DNA of 64,000 nt from Candidatus Woesearchaeota archaeon (lineage in GTDB: Archaea > Nanobdellota > Nanobdellia > Woesearchaeales > GW2011-AR9), in the NCBI GenBank assembly GCA_018655525.1, contig JABIJM010000002.1:29827-93826 (forward strand), given 5' to 3'. Position 1 is the first letter of the stretch; each line of letters begins with the position of its first letter. The position numbers and the translations under genes were made by a program. Below the pieces are notes generated by a model. It was not told where the DNA came from and did no database searches. It saw only the letters and a program-made list of their open reading frames with translations. This document shows positions 46,534 to 55,955 of this stretch, piece after piece.

Positions 46534-48537
46534 TTAAATTAAAGTTAATCCGTACATTACGAACAATGGTGCGAACACAATTGCGAGTGTATTAATTACT
46601 TTAATTAAAGCGTTTAGAGCAGGTCCTGCGGTATCTTTGAAAGGATCTCCAACTGTGTCTCCAACAACTGCTGCTTTATGAGCATCAGAGCCTTTTCCAC
46701 CGTGGTTACCATCTTCAATGTACTTCTTCGCATTATCCCATGCTGCTCCAGCATTAGACATAAAGAGTGCTAATAATAGACCAGATAAGATTACTCCAAT
46801 TAACAATCCACCAAGAGCTTTAATTCCTAAGATTAAACCAACAAGTAGCGGTGCAACAACTGCAATCACTGCAGGAATTATCATATTCTTAATAGCAGCT
46901 TTTGTTACAATGTCTACACATTTACCATATTCTGGTTGTTCTTCTCCAGTCATAATACCTTTGATTTCTTTGAATTGTCTTCGTACTTCAATCACAACTT
47001 TGTGTGCTGTTGATCCAACTGCTGTCATTAAAACAGAAGAGAATGCAAACGGAAGTAATGCACCAAGTAATAGACCGACCATTACAAGAGGATCTGTGAT
47101 TAAGTATACAATTCCTTCTTTAAGTAATCCGATTTCTTGTGTGAATGCTGCAAACAAAGCTAATGCTCCAAGAGCCGCTGAACCAACCGCGTAACCTTTT
47201 GTTACAGCTTTTGTGGTGTTTCCAACAGCATCTAATTCATCAGTTGTTTTACGTACATCTTTATCTAAACCAGCCATCTCTGCGATACCGCCTGCGTTAT
47301 CAGTAATTGGTCCGTAACTATCTAACGCAATGATTACACCAGTTAAAGAAAGCATTGCAACAGCTGCAATCGCAACTCCATAAATTCCAGATAACATGAA
47401 TGCTGCGATGATACCGGCAGCAATGATTAATACTGGAATAATTGTGGATTGTAAACCAATTGCAAGACCCATAATTAAGTTTGTACCTGCACCAGTTTCA
47501 GAAGCTTTTGCAATCATTTTAACAGGAGAGTATTTCGTACTTGTGTAATACTCAGTTACAACATTGATTAAAACTGTGATTACCAAACCAACAAGTGTTG
47601 CTAAGAATAAGTTCAGTGAGTTTCCTGTGTATGCTACAGCAAAGTAAAAACCAATTGCGGAAAGAACACCTGATACAATTAATCCTTTGTATAAAGCACC
47701 CATGATATTTCCTGATTTTCCTAACTTAACAAACCACATTCCAATAATTGAACTAATCACTGCAATTGAACCTAAGATTAAAGGTAACTCAACCGCCATG
47801 CTAATAGTACTTGAAACAGAAGGAATTGTTGCAAGAAGCATTGCAGCTAAGATTGTAACAACATATGTTTCATACAAATCTGCACCCATACCAGCACAAT
47901 CTCCAACATTGTCTCCAACATTATCTGCAATTGTTGCAGGGTTACGAGGATCGTCTTCAGGGATTCCTTTCTCAATTTTTCCAACTAAATCTGCACCAAC
48001 ATCTGCAGCTTTTGTAAAAATTCCACCACCCACTCTTGCGAATAATGAAATTAATGAAGCTCCAAATCCTAGACCGATTAATAATGCCGGATCTTTATAG
48101 ATTGAATAAAATAAACTTACCGCTAATAATGCGAATCCAACAACAGCCATTCCTGTGACAGATCCACCTTTAAATGCGACATCTAAAGCTTCTTTTGCAC
48201 CAATCTTTGCTGTTTCTGCTGTTCTCACATTAGCTCTTACAGAGATACTCATACCTACGTATCCTGAAAAACCAGAAAGAATCGCTCCTAATAAGAAACC
48301 AGCTGCGATTGGAAAACTAAAAAGCCAATATAGTAATCCTGTGATAATCACCGCGAAAATCGCGATGGTTTTGTATTGCCTAGCCATATAAGCCATAGCA
48401 CCTTCTCTAATTGCATTTGCAATGTGCTGCATTTTTTCAGATCCTGCTTTAACTGCCAGAATTCTAAAACTCAAATATGCTGCATACGCCAATGCAACTA
48501 AACTAATAATAATTGCAATTGTACTTACTTCAATCAT
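46534..48537 (-). CDS. hppA: Membrane-bound ion-translocating pyrophosphatase (V-PPase)
   Basis: 667 aa with about 16 TMs. Motifs include [39 protein letters not shown] and [17 protein letters not shown]. Confidence 0.95.
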   Translation of the reverse strand: MIEVSTIAIIISLVALAYAAYLSFRILAVKAGSEKMQHIANAIREGAMAYMARQYKTIAIFAVIITGLLYWLFSFPIAAGFLLGAILSGFSGYVGMSISVRANVRTAETAKIGAKEALDVAFKGGSVTGMAVVGFALLAVSLFYSIYKDPALLIGLGFGASLISLFARVGGGIFTKAADVGADLVGKIEKGIPEDDPRNPATIADNVGDNVGDCAGMGADLYETYVVTILAAMLLATIPSVSSTISMAVELPLILGSIAVISSIIGMWFVKLGKSGNIMGALYKGLIVSGVLSAIGFYFAVAYTGNSLNLFLATLVGLVITVLINVVTEYYTSTKYSPVKMIAKASETGAGTNLIMGLAIGLQSTIIPVLIIAAGIIAAFMLSGIYGVAIAAVAMLSLTGVIIALDSYGPITDNAGGIAEMAGLDKDVRKTTDELDAVGNTTKAVTKGYAVGSAALGALALFAAFTQEIGLLKEGIVYLITDPLVMVGLLLGALLPFAFSSVLMTAVGSTAHKVVIEVRRQFKEIKGIMTGEEQPEYGKCVDIVTKAAIKNMIIPAVIAVVAPLLVGLILGIKALGGLLIGVILSGLLLALFMSNAGAAWDNAKKYIEDGNHGGKGSDAHKAAVVGDTVGDPFKDTAGPALNALIKVINTLAIVFAPLFVMYGLTLI

Positions 48538-48650
48538 TTTTTATATATCCCCCTAAAATTCATTATATTCTCATGAAAGTTAATTGTTTATATATTTTAC
48601 TGTGCAAATAGGAGAATATTAGAAAGAACTTAAGAAATCCTTAATATTTT

Positions 48651-50189
48651 CTATATAATCAATCTTTTATTAACTCCAACTTGAATTGCTTTTGTTGGAT
48701 CTATTTCCCGTAAACCACTATATCCATACTCACGATTAATTTCAAGAAAATATAAATCTAATTTATTTGTTTTTTCATTCCATGAAGGAACAAGATCAAC
48801 TGCAAAATCTGAGGAAGGCATTAAACCTTTCTCTATAACAAATTCATCTGAGTCATAATGATCATACACTTTTTTAGCAAATTTTTTGGCTTTTTGTAAT
48901 ATCTCTTTTTCCGTTTTAGCAACTAATCCTTTTATTTTATTTTCATCAGCATTTGGTGTTCCTTTGGAATAAATCTCTTTGAGAACATGTTCAATAGTTT
49001 GGCCATGACCTCCTAATGAAATGTTAGCTGCGATACCATTATCCGATATCTTAGAATATCCTGTCACTGAAAATTCTTTTTCATAAAATACACGCTGACA
49101 AATTAAACGAAATTCAGCTCTGTTACCTTTAACAGTTTCGTAGGGGATTTCTTCTTCAATAATTGGATTTTCAAGAAATCTAAATAAATTATGAAGGATC
49201 CCTTTAGGATCTAATGGGTCGTATCCATCTACTAGTTTTTTCATATCATCAAGAATGAACTGTGATGCATTCATTTCTTTAAATTTATCATATGATTTAA
49301 TGCGTCCCTCTAAAAAATCTTCTCTTCTTTCTATCAATCTTTTAAAAGAAGGTGAATCACTTTCAATATGTGTTTCAATACCTTCTTTTCTTACTCTCAC
49401 TACTAAATATCCTCCTCCAGTTCGAGCATCTTTAATGTAAATATTTCCTTTGTGAGAATTAACGATACTATCAACTAATTGCTCTTGCTGATCTATTGTA
49501 TCTTCTCCATTATATCCCATAGTTTCTAAAGAATATTTTTTTTCAGATAGTTGACTCAAAAATGTTTCAAGTCTAAGATGAGGGTCTTTAATTTTCTTTG
49601 TATCATTATTAGCTTCTTGAACTAACGTATTTCTTCCACTGATTGTAAAACCTCCATTTTTTGATTTTCTTATACGGAACCCATCAACCATATTATGAAA
49701 TATATAGGAACGAGGTGAATCACCTTCTAACCCCGAAATAATTTCGTCGTAAGGAAAATCCGTAAAATCTTCTGGAATAAATTTAAATTCAATTTTTTTG
49801 TAAGAATCTGAAAATAATTTTCGTACATCAATATAACGGGGATTTTTGAAAATCCCAATCTCTTTACTTAATTCACGTTGACTTACTTTATCAAATGGAC
49901 TTCTTAGCTCTTCTGTTTCTTTATGTCCTTTTGCTTCTATTGAAGATTTCCTATGGTATTTAGATTTGCTAGATGCATGACAATATTCTGCATCAGGTAT
50001 CTGAGGATCAAAAAATCCAAAATATGTTGTTCCTTCTGGAATTTTAGCATTTTCGTTGAAATGGAGTTTTTCATCTAATACATTTTGAGTCATATCCCTT
50101 ACAATTGGATGTGTTACAACGACTTCATCTTTACTACCTTCATAATGATTTATTTGATCAAATAGATCTCCAATTCTTTCTTCTAACAT
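48651..50189 (-). CDS. Protein with a C-terminal ATP-grasp-like domain and a large uncharacterised N-terminal region
   Basis: The C-terminal third contains IAANISLGGHGQ and LDLYFLEINREYGYSGL, which resemble the RimK/TTL-type ATP-grasp NxxxGG and xxEVNxxPG blocks. The N-terminal ~300 aa are not assignable. Confidence 0.4.
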   Translation of the reverse strand: MLEERIGDLFDQINHYEGSKDEVVVTHPIVRDMTQNVLDEKLHFNENAKIPEGTTYFGFFDPQIPDAEYCHASSKSKYHRKSSIEAKGHKETEELRSPFDKVSQRELSKEIGIFKNPRYIDVRKLFSDSYKKIEFKFIPEDFTDFPYDEIISGLEGDSPRSYIFHNMVDGFRIRKSKNGGFTISGRNTLVQEANNDTKKIKDPHLRLETFLSQLSEKKYSLETMGYNGEDTIDQQEQLVDSIVNSHKGNIYIKDARTGGGYLVVRVRKEGIETHIESDSPSFKRLIERREDFLEGRIKSYDKFKEMNASQFILDDMKKLVDGYDPLDPKGILHNLFRFLENPIIEEEIPYETVKGNRAEFRLICQRVFYEKEFSVTGYSKISDNGIAANISLGGHGQTIEHVLKEIYSKGTPNADENKIKGLVAKTEKEILQKAKKFAKKVYDHYDSDEFVIEKGLMPSSDFAVDLVPSWNEKTNKLDLYFLEINREYGYSGLREIDPTKAIQVGVNKRLII

Positions 50190-50260
50190 AAGAAATATTT
50201 ATAATTTAGAATATTTAATCTTCTTTCATAAGGTTCTTATATTTAAGAAATAATTCGTTT

Positions 50261-50635
50261 CTATTCAACCAAAATAACTTTCTTCTTCTGACGAATTGTC
50301 AAATAAGGCTTCTTCAATCGCTTCTTTAATTCAACATCTTGTGTTAATACTAATTGACCTTTCTCTGATAATGTCACTAAGAAATCATCTACATTTCCTT
50401 CACTTTCAACAATCTTGATTCTTTTTGCATCAAGGATACTCAATGCTAATTTTGCAGATAACTTATACTTCCCTTTCTGTTCAACCATAATCTTGTGTAA
50501 CTCATCTAACACACCATCTAATACAACTAATTCATAAGGTTCATTCATTCCTCTTTCAATTGCAGAAAATACATCTAGCTTAAACTCATTAATTGCCATC
50601 AAAGCATTTGTATCTAATATAATTCTCTTACTCAT
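50261..50635 (-). CDS. PIN-domain nuclease (Fcf1/VapC-like)
   Basis: RIILDTNALMA (Asp box 1), VLDGVLDEL and LTQDVELKKRL (Asp box); 124 aa. Confidence 0.65.
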   Translation of the reverse strand: MSKRIILDTNALMAINEFKLDVFSAIERGMNEPYELVVLDGVLDELHKIMVEQKGKYKLSAKLALSILDAKRIKIVESEGNVDDFLVTLSEKGQLVLTQDVELKKRLKKPYLTIRQKKKVILVE

Positions 50636-51428
50636 TTTGCATATAGTTTATCCAAATAAGCCGCGTTATTAAAATGATTGCGAAAAATAATGCTCCTGCT
50701 GAAAAAACAGATAAAAGATTTGGTACTTCTTTATCTAATGTTAAAAATAATATGTAACCAGAACCAGCAATCAATCCATGTAACACAACAGCGATAGGCA
50801 ACGTAACATAAATCTTTTTAATAGCTTTTTCATAAAACTGTTTACACATTTTTTTCCACGATTTACCAATCAATGCAAAACCACTAACAGCAATATAATA
50901 CAATGGAATAAAGGCATATCCGATAATCCATAAATTACGAACGAAATTATTTACCTCAACATCTGCTGTAAAAATACGTGAGATATACCAATCTGCTAAA
51001 AGGAAGTATGGTAAGAATACAATCAGATTAATTCCTGCAAACCGTAACCATTGTTTTGATTTCTCGTTAAAATTAACTTTACGTTTCAAAGAATGTGTCA
51101 TAACCCATATAATGCCATTCAATAATATAAAAATCATAAAAGGAATGTAAATTGAATACCTCATATATTTCCACATTGCTTTATAGCTTTTAGAAATTCC
51201 TTCAAAGTTTTTTGCTAATTCATTTGCAGCATCAAGGTTGTCTGGACTAATATCAGAATTTTGTAAAGGTTCAATTACCTGACGTGCTTCATTGATCCCA
51301 AGAACTTGAAACGTAATTCCTGTAAGAAATATTGATAAAAAAAGAATTACCTGAATCAGAAATATACTTATAACTAATCTTTTCCTTTTTTTAATTTGAT
51401 TAAAAGTACTTTTAATAACATCTTTCAT
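50628..51428 (-). CDS. Polytopic membrane protein
   Basis: 266 aa with 6 hydrophobic helices. It overlaps the PIN gene by 8 nt. Confidence 0.5.
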   Translation of the reverse strand: MKDVIKSTFNQIKKRKRLVISIFLIQVILFLSIFLTGITFQVLGINEARQVIEPLQNSDISPDNLDAANELAKNFEGISKSYKAMWKYMRYSIYIPFMIFILLNGIIWVMTHSLKRKVNFNEKSKQWLRFAGINLIVFLPYFLLADWYISRIFTADVEVNNFVRNLWIIGYAFIPLYYIAVSGFALIGKSWKKMCKQFYEKAIKKIYVTLPIAVVLHGLIAGSGYILFLTLDKEVPNLLSVFSAGALFFAIILITRLIWINYMQNE

Positions 51429-51461
51429 AAAAAAAAGAAAGAAAGGATAGTTTAAAAACTT

Positions 51462-51662
51462 TTACTTCATGTAAAAATTCCAATGACTACCTTTCATGAT
51501 GCCATTTGGATTAACCTGACTTAGCTTTACAACGATATGACTTTTTGATGATCTGAATTCCACACTTCCAAGATTTTGATTCCTTGCCTCGGAAATCTTG
51601 TGCATGATTTCTCTCTCAGATAAATCACTCTCTTCTAAACCCAATAATTTTTTTAGGCTCAT
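51462..51662 (-). CDS. Small hypothetical protein
   Basis: 66 aa, with an ATGA overlap with the upstream small ORF. Confidence 0.35.
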   Translation of the reverse strand: MSLKKLLGLEESDLSEREIMHKISEARNQNLGSVEFRSSKSHIVVKLSQVNPNGIMKGSHWNFYMK

Positions 51663-51820
51663 AATCCTTCATCAGTAAATGCCTCATCGTATCCCTTCAT
51701 AAAACCCTCTTCTTCATATGTCATTGCCCCATCTTCTACTAGTCGCATCCGTGCTTTATTACTATAAAAAATATGGTCAAATTCATTTTTGCGGTTAAGA
51801 CCGCGGCTTCTCCGTACCAT
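51659..51820 (-). CDS. Small hypothetical protein
   Basis: The start is taken at MVRRSRG (51820), preceded by a GGGGGGTGG SD-like run; 53 aa. Confidence 0.35.
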   Translation of the reverse strand: MVRRSRGLNRKNEFDHIFYSNKARMRLVEDGAMTYEEEGFMKGYDEAFTDEGL

Positions 51821-51916
51821 TTTTTCCACCCCCCAGTGTACTATGTTACAAAACATTTAAATATAAATACATTTCCCCAATACTATATAGGGGGCATATA
51901 CATATTTGACTCGCAA

Positions 51917-52867
51917 ATGGAATATAGAAAATTAATCTCATTCGGAAAAAATAGCTTTGTTATTTCACTTCCTAAAGCGTGGATTCGCCACAGCAAATTA
52001 AAGAAAGGAGATCTTATTTACGTAGAAGAAGCTTCAGATCATTTGGTCCTTCGTCCACATCTTGCGAAAGAACAAGAAGAAGAACGAAAAATGACAATAG
52101 ATGTTGATGGAAAAACGATTCCTCTCCTTACACGCGAATTAAATGCCGCATATATAGAAAATTATCGTGAAGTTACCTTTAAAGGAAAAGAACTTAAAGA
52201 GAAATCAAAAGATATTTTAGATATGGTGCGTAAACTTATTGCACTTGAAGTATTAGAATTAGATTCTGAACATATCGTCACAAAAGATTTTTTAGATATG
52301 GATAAAGTATCCGTCAAAGATTTAATTAAAAAAATGGATATCATTGTTCGTTCAATGTTAAAAGATTGTAATGATTCATTTGATGAAGATAATGTAGAAA
52401 ATTTACAATTACGTGATGAAGATGTTAATCGTCTCAGTTTTCTAGTCTATCGTGCAATACGCCATGGATTACGAAATCCATCGCAAACATTAAAATTATT
52501 CAATTTCACAACGGTGGATTTACTTAATTATTATTGGACCACATTTCACTTAGAAGCAATAGCTGATGAAACGAAACGAATTGTACGTGCAATGGACAAA
52601 ACATCGCTTCCAAAAAATAAACAAAAAGATTTTATTACATTGCTTCAAAATGCACAAAATTTTTATCTTGATGTTATTAAATCTCATTTTGTACATGATC
52701 GTCAAAAAGCTTTACTTCTTTCAACAAGAAAAAAACCATTAGTTAAAAGTGCAAACAAATTCTTTGATGAAAATGAAGATTTTAAAAGAACATCTTATAT
52801 GGTTGATAGATATCGAAGATTAGTGGGAATTATTCACGAATTAGATCGTTTAACTTATCAGCATTAA
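51917..52867 (+). CDS. AbrB/SpoVT-domain + PhoU-domain regulator (archaeal phosphate-uptake-regulator type)
   Basis: The start is moved to MEYRKLISFGKNSFVISLPKAWIRHSKLKKGDLIYVEE (SpoVT/AbrB swapped-hairpin pattern). It is followed by helical PhoU-like repeats. Confidence 0.65.
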   Translation: MEYRKLISFGKNSFVISLPKAWIRHSKLKKGDLIYVEEASDHLVLRPHLAKEQEEERKMTIDVDGKTIPLLTRELNAAYIENYREVTFKGKELKEKSKDILDMVRKLIALEVLELDSEHIVTKDFLDMDKVSVKDLIKKMDIIVRSMLKDCNDSFDEDNVENLQLRDEDVNRLSFLVYRAIRHGLRNPSQTLKLFNFTTVDLLNYYWTTFHLEAIADETKRIVRAMDKTSLPKNKQKDFITLLQNAQNFYLDVIKSHFVHDRQKALLLSTRKKPLVKSANKFFDENEDFKRTSYMVDRYRRLVGIIHELDRLTYQH

Positions 52868-52901
52868 ATTCAATTATTTTTATACACAAATGCGCAAAAG
52901 C

Positions 52902-52909
52902 TTTATAAA
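52902..52909 (+). promoter_or_regulatory. TATA box, 25 nt before the ATG at 52935
   Basis: GCTTTATAAAAAAAC. Confidence 0.55.
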
Positions 52910-52934
52910 AAAACTTTAAAATGAGCTTTATAAG

Positions 52935-54320
52935 ATGAATGGGAGTCATTTAAGTCGTAAACCATTGAAGGATTTTACTTTAGAAGATTATAGGTCGTTA
53001 GACTGTCTTCCTAAAATTTATACCCAAAGAGCAATTATACGGGCAAATAATTCAGTATCTCCACAATCTGGTCATTCTTCTAGTGGAATTGTATATTTTT
53101 ATGGAAAGAGAAAATCTCATAGAATAAATAGAAGATTATTTGCAAAACAACACCATGTAGTAGAAGATGATTCTACATTTTATCATAGTCAACGTGACCC
53201 AAATAAATTGTTTACACGTGAGCAAAGAAGTGTGAATTGGATCAGTGAATTAGTTGGGAAAGATTTTCTCTCTAAACCCATTGCAACTGATTCTTCTCTT
53301 TTACTTCAATTCTATAGATATGTTCAATTTAAATCTGATCGTGATCGTTTAATAGAAGAAAAAAATCCTCAACGAAAACGTGCAATTAAATATGAAGGTC
53401 ATAGAAATACTGCAATTATTGGTGGTCGTTTACATGCAAACCAAAATCAATTTCCTAGTGATTTATTACAAAATAAATATACGCAAAATTATGAAATTTC
53501 TAATCTTTTAGACCAAATGCTTGTAATTGTCAAGCATGACTTAGTAAAAAAAGGGGTTGATTTACCAAATGATTCTGAAAGATTAAAAGAATTTATTAAT
53601 CAAAAATATGGATTAAATATTGTAACAGACATGGCAGAGGTGGTTGATAGTCAAATGTTCTTAGAATATGAATATGTTTTAGGTCATGGGGATAATAGAG
53701 TTCATCATCTTAAAAGTGAAACTTTTAAAAGAGGTTTTCCCCGAAGAAAAATATTTTTGGATTGGGAGCAATTTGGAAAACATAAACTTGGTCACGATCA
53801 TGTTACATATGGTAGTGCTGAAAATAATCTTTCAGATTTAGGTTTAGATGAACTTTCAACATTAAGTGGATGGATTCTTGCATACCGAAATGCCGGAATG
53901 AAACTTAATAATAAAAAACGTAGAAAATTAATTGGAGAATTAGATGATCTTGCAAGTGTAAGACGAAGTGGTATTGTTTCAAGGGTTGAGGGTAATATTA
54001 GAGATAAATTTTCACTTCAAATGTTAGCACAAGGATTAGCAGAAAATATTCATTTAGATTCAAGTAACAAACGTTATACTTCAGAACAAAGAAAAAGTCA
54101 TACTAAAGGAATTTCCGGGTGGACTGAAGAACGCATGTTGGAACATCGTTTAGAAAAAGTTAGAGAGACACTTGAATTTGCAGCAACAGAAGCCCCATAT
54201 TCAGCTGTAGAAAATCCTACTGGTGTACAAAATTACTTTAATTTATGGGCAAATCTTCTTATGCGTTTAGAACTTGTTGATGTGCCTCAAGAAACCATGA
54301 AAGTACTTAGCAAGAGATAA
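52935..54320 (+). CDS. APH/choline-kinase-like phosphotransferase-fold protein
   Basis: VLGHGDNRVHHL (HGDxxxxN-like, with N replaced by H) followed by IFLDWEQFG (IDWE-like). The large N- and C-terminal regions are unassigned. TTTATAAA at 52902-52909 ends 25 nt upstream. Confidence 0.4.
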   Translation: MNGSHLSRKPLKDFTLEDYRSLDCLPKIYTQRAIIRANNSVSPQSGHSSSGIVYFYGKRKSHRINRRLFAKQHHVVEDDSTFYHSQRDPNKLFTREQRSVNWISELVGKDFLSKPIATDSSLLLQFYRYVQFKSDRDRLIEEKNPQRKRAIKYEGHRNTAIIGGRLHANQNQFPSDLLQNKYTQNYEISNLLDQMLVIVKHDLVKKGVDLPNDSERLKEFINQKYGLNIVTDMAEVVDSQMFLEYEYVLGHGDNRVHHLKSETFKRGFPRRKIFLDWEQFGKHKLGHDHVTYGSAENNLSDLGLDELSTLSGWILAYRNAGMKLNNKKRRKLIGELDDLASVRRSGIVSRVEGNIRDKFSLQMLAQGLAENIHLDSSNKRYTSEQRKSHTKGISGWTEERMLEHRLEKVRETLEFAATEAPYSAVENPTGVQNYFNLWANLLMRLELVDVPQETMKVLSKR

Positions 54321-54387
54321 CTTTATAAATCACCTGCTTCTTTTTGTGTTTACTACTATACATCGGACACCTGTGTTAGCCAAATCT

Positions 54388-54488
54388 GCGGGGGTAGCAA
54401 AGTTTGGTCAAACGCGCAGGACTTAAGTGGAGAAATCCAAAGATATCCTGTCCTTAGTGGTTCGAGGGTTCAAATCCCTTCCCCCGCA
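54388..54488 (+). tRNA. tRNA-Leu (UAA) with a canonical 37/38 intron (54428-54444, 17 nt) and a long variable arm
   Basis: The acceptor GCGGGGG pairs with CCCCCGC, with discriminator A. The anticodon arm is CAGGA-CUUAAG[intron]A-UCCUG and the T arm is GAGGG-UUCAAAU-CCCUU. The D stem is weak (A:C mismatch). Confidence 0.75.
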
Positions 54489-54496
54489 CTCATTTT

Positions 54497-54617
54497 GCCC
54501 CTGTGGCCCAGTGGTAAGGCGTTACATTGGTACTTTACTTCAAAGATGTAAAGATCCCGAGTTCAAACACGGTCACTAGCGTTCGTCGCTTTCCGTTTGA
54601 AAGTCTCGGCAGGGGCT
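54497..54617 (+). tRNA. tRNA-Thr (GGU) with two introns: 37/38 (54533-54545, 13 nt) and T-loop (about 54568-54603, ~36 nt)
   Basis: GCCCCUG-UG-GCC..AGUGGUAA..GGC-G-UUACA-UUGGUA[intron]A-UGUAA-AGAUC-CCGAG-UUCAAA[intron]U-CUCGG-CAGGGGC-U. All four stems close only after both insertions are removed. Confidence 0.75.
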
Positions 54618-54621
54618 CTTA

Positions 54622-54630
54622 TTTTTTTTT
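54622..54630 (+). terminator. Oligo-T (T9) termination signal after the tRNA-Leu/tRNA-Thr pair
   Basis: ATTTTTTTTT lies 4 nt after the tRNA-Thr discriminator base. Archaeal RNAP terminates at oligo-T. Confidence 0.6.
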
Positions 54631-54668
54631 AAAATTATAATAAAGAAATAAAAATAAAAAAATAAAAA

Positions 54669-55289
54669 TTATTCAGTTTTTTCTTCAGAAGTTCCTTCTA
54701 CTTTAGATTCAGCTTCAGGTTTCTCTTCAGGTGGTTCACAATGACCACCGCCGCAACAGCCGTCTTTCTCCATTTTCTCTTCAGAATGAGATCCACATTG
54801 ACCGCTTCCACATCCACCTTCTTGTTCTTCTTGCATCTTCTTAAGATCTTCTTCAGAAACTTCTACAATATCAATAACCTTAATCTTAAAGTGTAATGTT
54901 TTACCAGCTAAAGGATGATTTAAATCAATTGTGATCTTATCATCAGAAACTTTTGTAATGGTTGCAGGAACCTGCTGACCATTTGGTAAACCAACTGCTA
55001 ACATCATACCAATTTTTGGTTCTTGATCTTTTGGTAATTGATCTCTTGGAACTTCTTTTGATAATTCTGCATTAATTGGACCGTAACCTTCTTCAGGTTT
55101 GATTGTGATTTCTTTTTCTTCATCCTTTTCCATGCCAACAATAGCATTATCAAATCCAGGTACAACATGACCTTCGCCAGCAATAAATTCTAAAGGTTTT
55201 CCATGAGTCTTAGAACTGTCAAAAACAGATCCATCATCAAATTTTCCTTCATATTCAACTTTAACTTTATTTCCTTTTTCTACTTTCAT
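54669..55289 (-). CDS. slyD: SlyD-like FKBP peptidyl-prolyl isomerase with Cys/His/Gly-rich metal-binding tail
   Basis: VKVEYEGKFDDGSVFDSS, VPGFDNAIVGM, an IF-domain insertion, and LNHPLAGKTLHF. The tail is GGCGSGQCGSHSEEKMEKDGCCGGGHCE. Confidence 0.85.
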   Translation of the reverse strand: MKVEKGNKVKVEYEGKFDDGSVFDSSKTHGKPLEFIAGEGHVVPGFDNAIVGMEKDEEKEITIKPEEGYGPINAELSKEVPRDQLPKDQEPKIGMMLAVGLPNGQQVPATITKVSDDKITIDLNHPLAGKTLHFKIKVIDIVEVSEEDLKKMQEEQEGGCGSGQCGSHSEEKMEKDGCCGGGHCEPPEEKPEAESKVEGTSEEKTE

Positions 55290-55415
55290 TTTAATTTCAC
55301 CCTATATTTTAATATCAACTCAGAATTCTGCTGATTTATAAGTTTATTGGATTAAAATGTGTTGCAGTGAAGGTTACAACATTTGATTATAACAATTTTA
55401 ATCTATTCAATACTA

Positions 55416-55955
55416 ATGGGAAGGAAGACGCCTGAGCAAATAAAGGGTTTAAGGTTTGAAATCTGGCTTGAAAAATTGTTCAAAGATCATTATCGTTCTG
55501 TTCGTAGGAATATTATGTATTATCATGATCAATACCTTCGTCGTCAAGTAGATGTTGAATTTAAAGATTATTTTCTTTTGAATCCTTTAATAATTGTTGA
55601 AGCAAAATATAGAAGTTCACGTAATCTCTCATTAAATTTAAGAAAATCAACGAAAAAATCTGGACAAAGGATTAAAAGAATTGAATCAGTTCTTGATGAA
55701 TTAGAAGAACGACGATTATTTGTAAAAGCACGTAAAGCTATTCTTGTTACAAATCGTGATTTTGAAAAAAGATTATATGATTCTTCAGAAAAATATTCAC
55801 GCATTATTCTTTATAATCACGATGATCTTGAAAGACTTGACAAAGATCGTGCTTCACTATTTTCATTCTTACGACAACCACAAGGTATTGAAGATCAAAT
55901 TAAAAAAATAAATTTAAGACATCATTCTTTGAAACCCTTAATTGATTATGTTTAA
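55416..55955 (+). CDS. PD-(D/E)xK (Mrr/restriction-endonuclease-like) nuclease-fold protein
   Basis: RRQVDVEFKD...LIIVEAKYR fits the D...(D/E)xK core spacing. The start is taken at MGRK (55416). Confidence 0.4.
   Translation: MGRKTPEQIKGLRFEIWLEKLFKDHYRSVRRNIMYYHDQYLRRQVDVEFKDYFLLNPLIIVEAKYRSSRNLSLNLRKSTKKSGQRIKRIESVLDELEERRLFVKARKAILVTNRDFEKRLYDSSEKYSRIILYNHDDLERLDKDRASLFSFLRQPQGIEDQIKKINLRHHSLKPLIDYV

Noticed and set aside
46718-48391. Three plus-strand ORFs (46718-47194, 47687-48100, 48155-48391).
   Set aside because: They are antisense to the pyrophosphatase gene. The Ala/Pro/Ile-rich translations mirror the Gly/Ala-rich TM helices.
51773-51916. 48-codon N-terminal extension of the PhoU/AbrB ORF.
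   Set aside because: It overlaps the divergent small gene and promoter region. The AbrB-type domain starts exactly at MEYRKL (51917).
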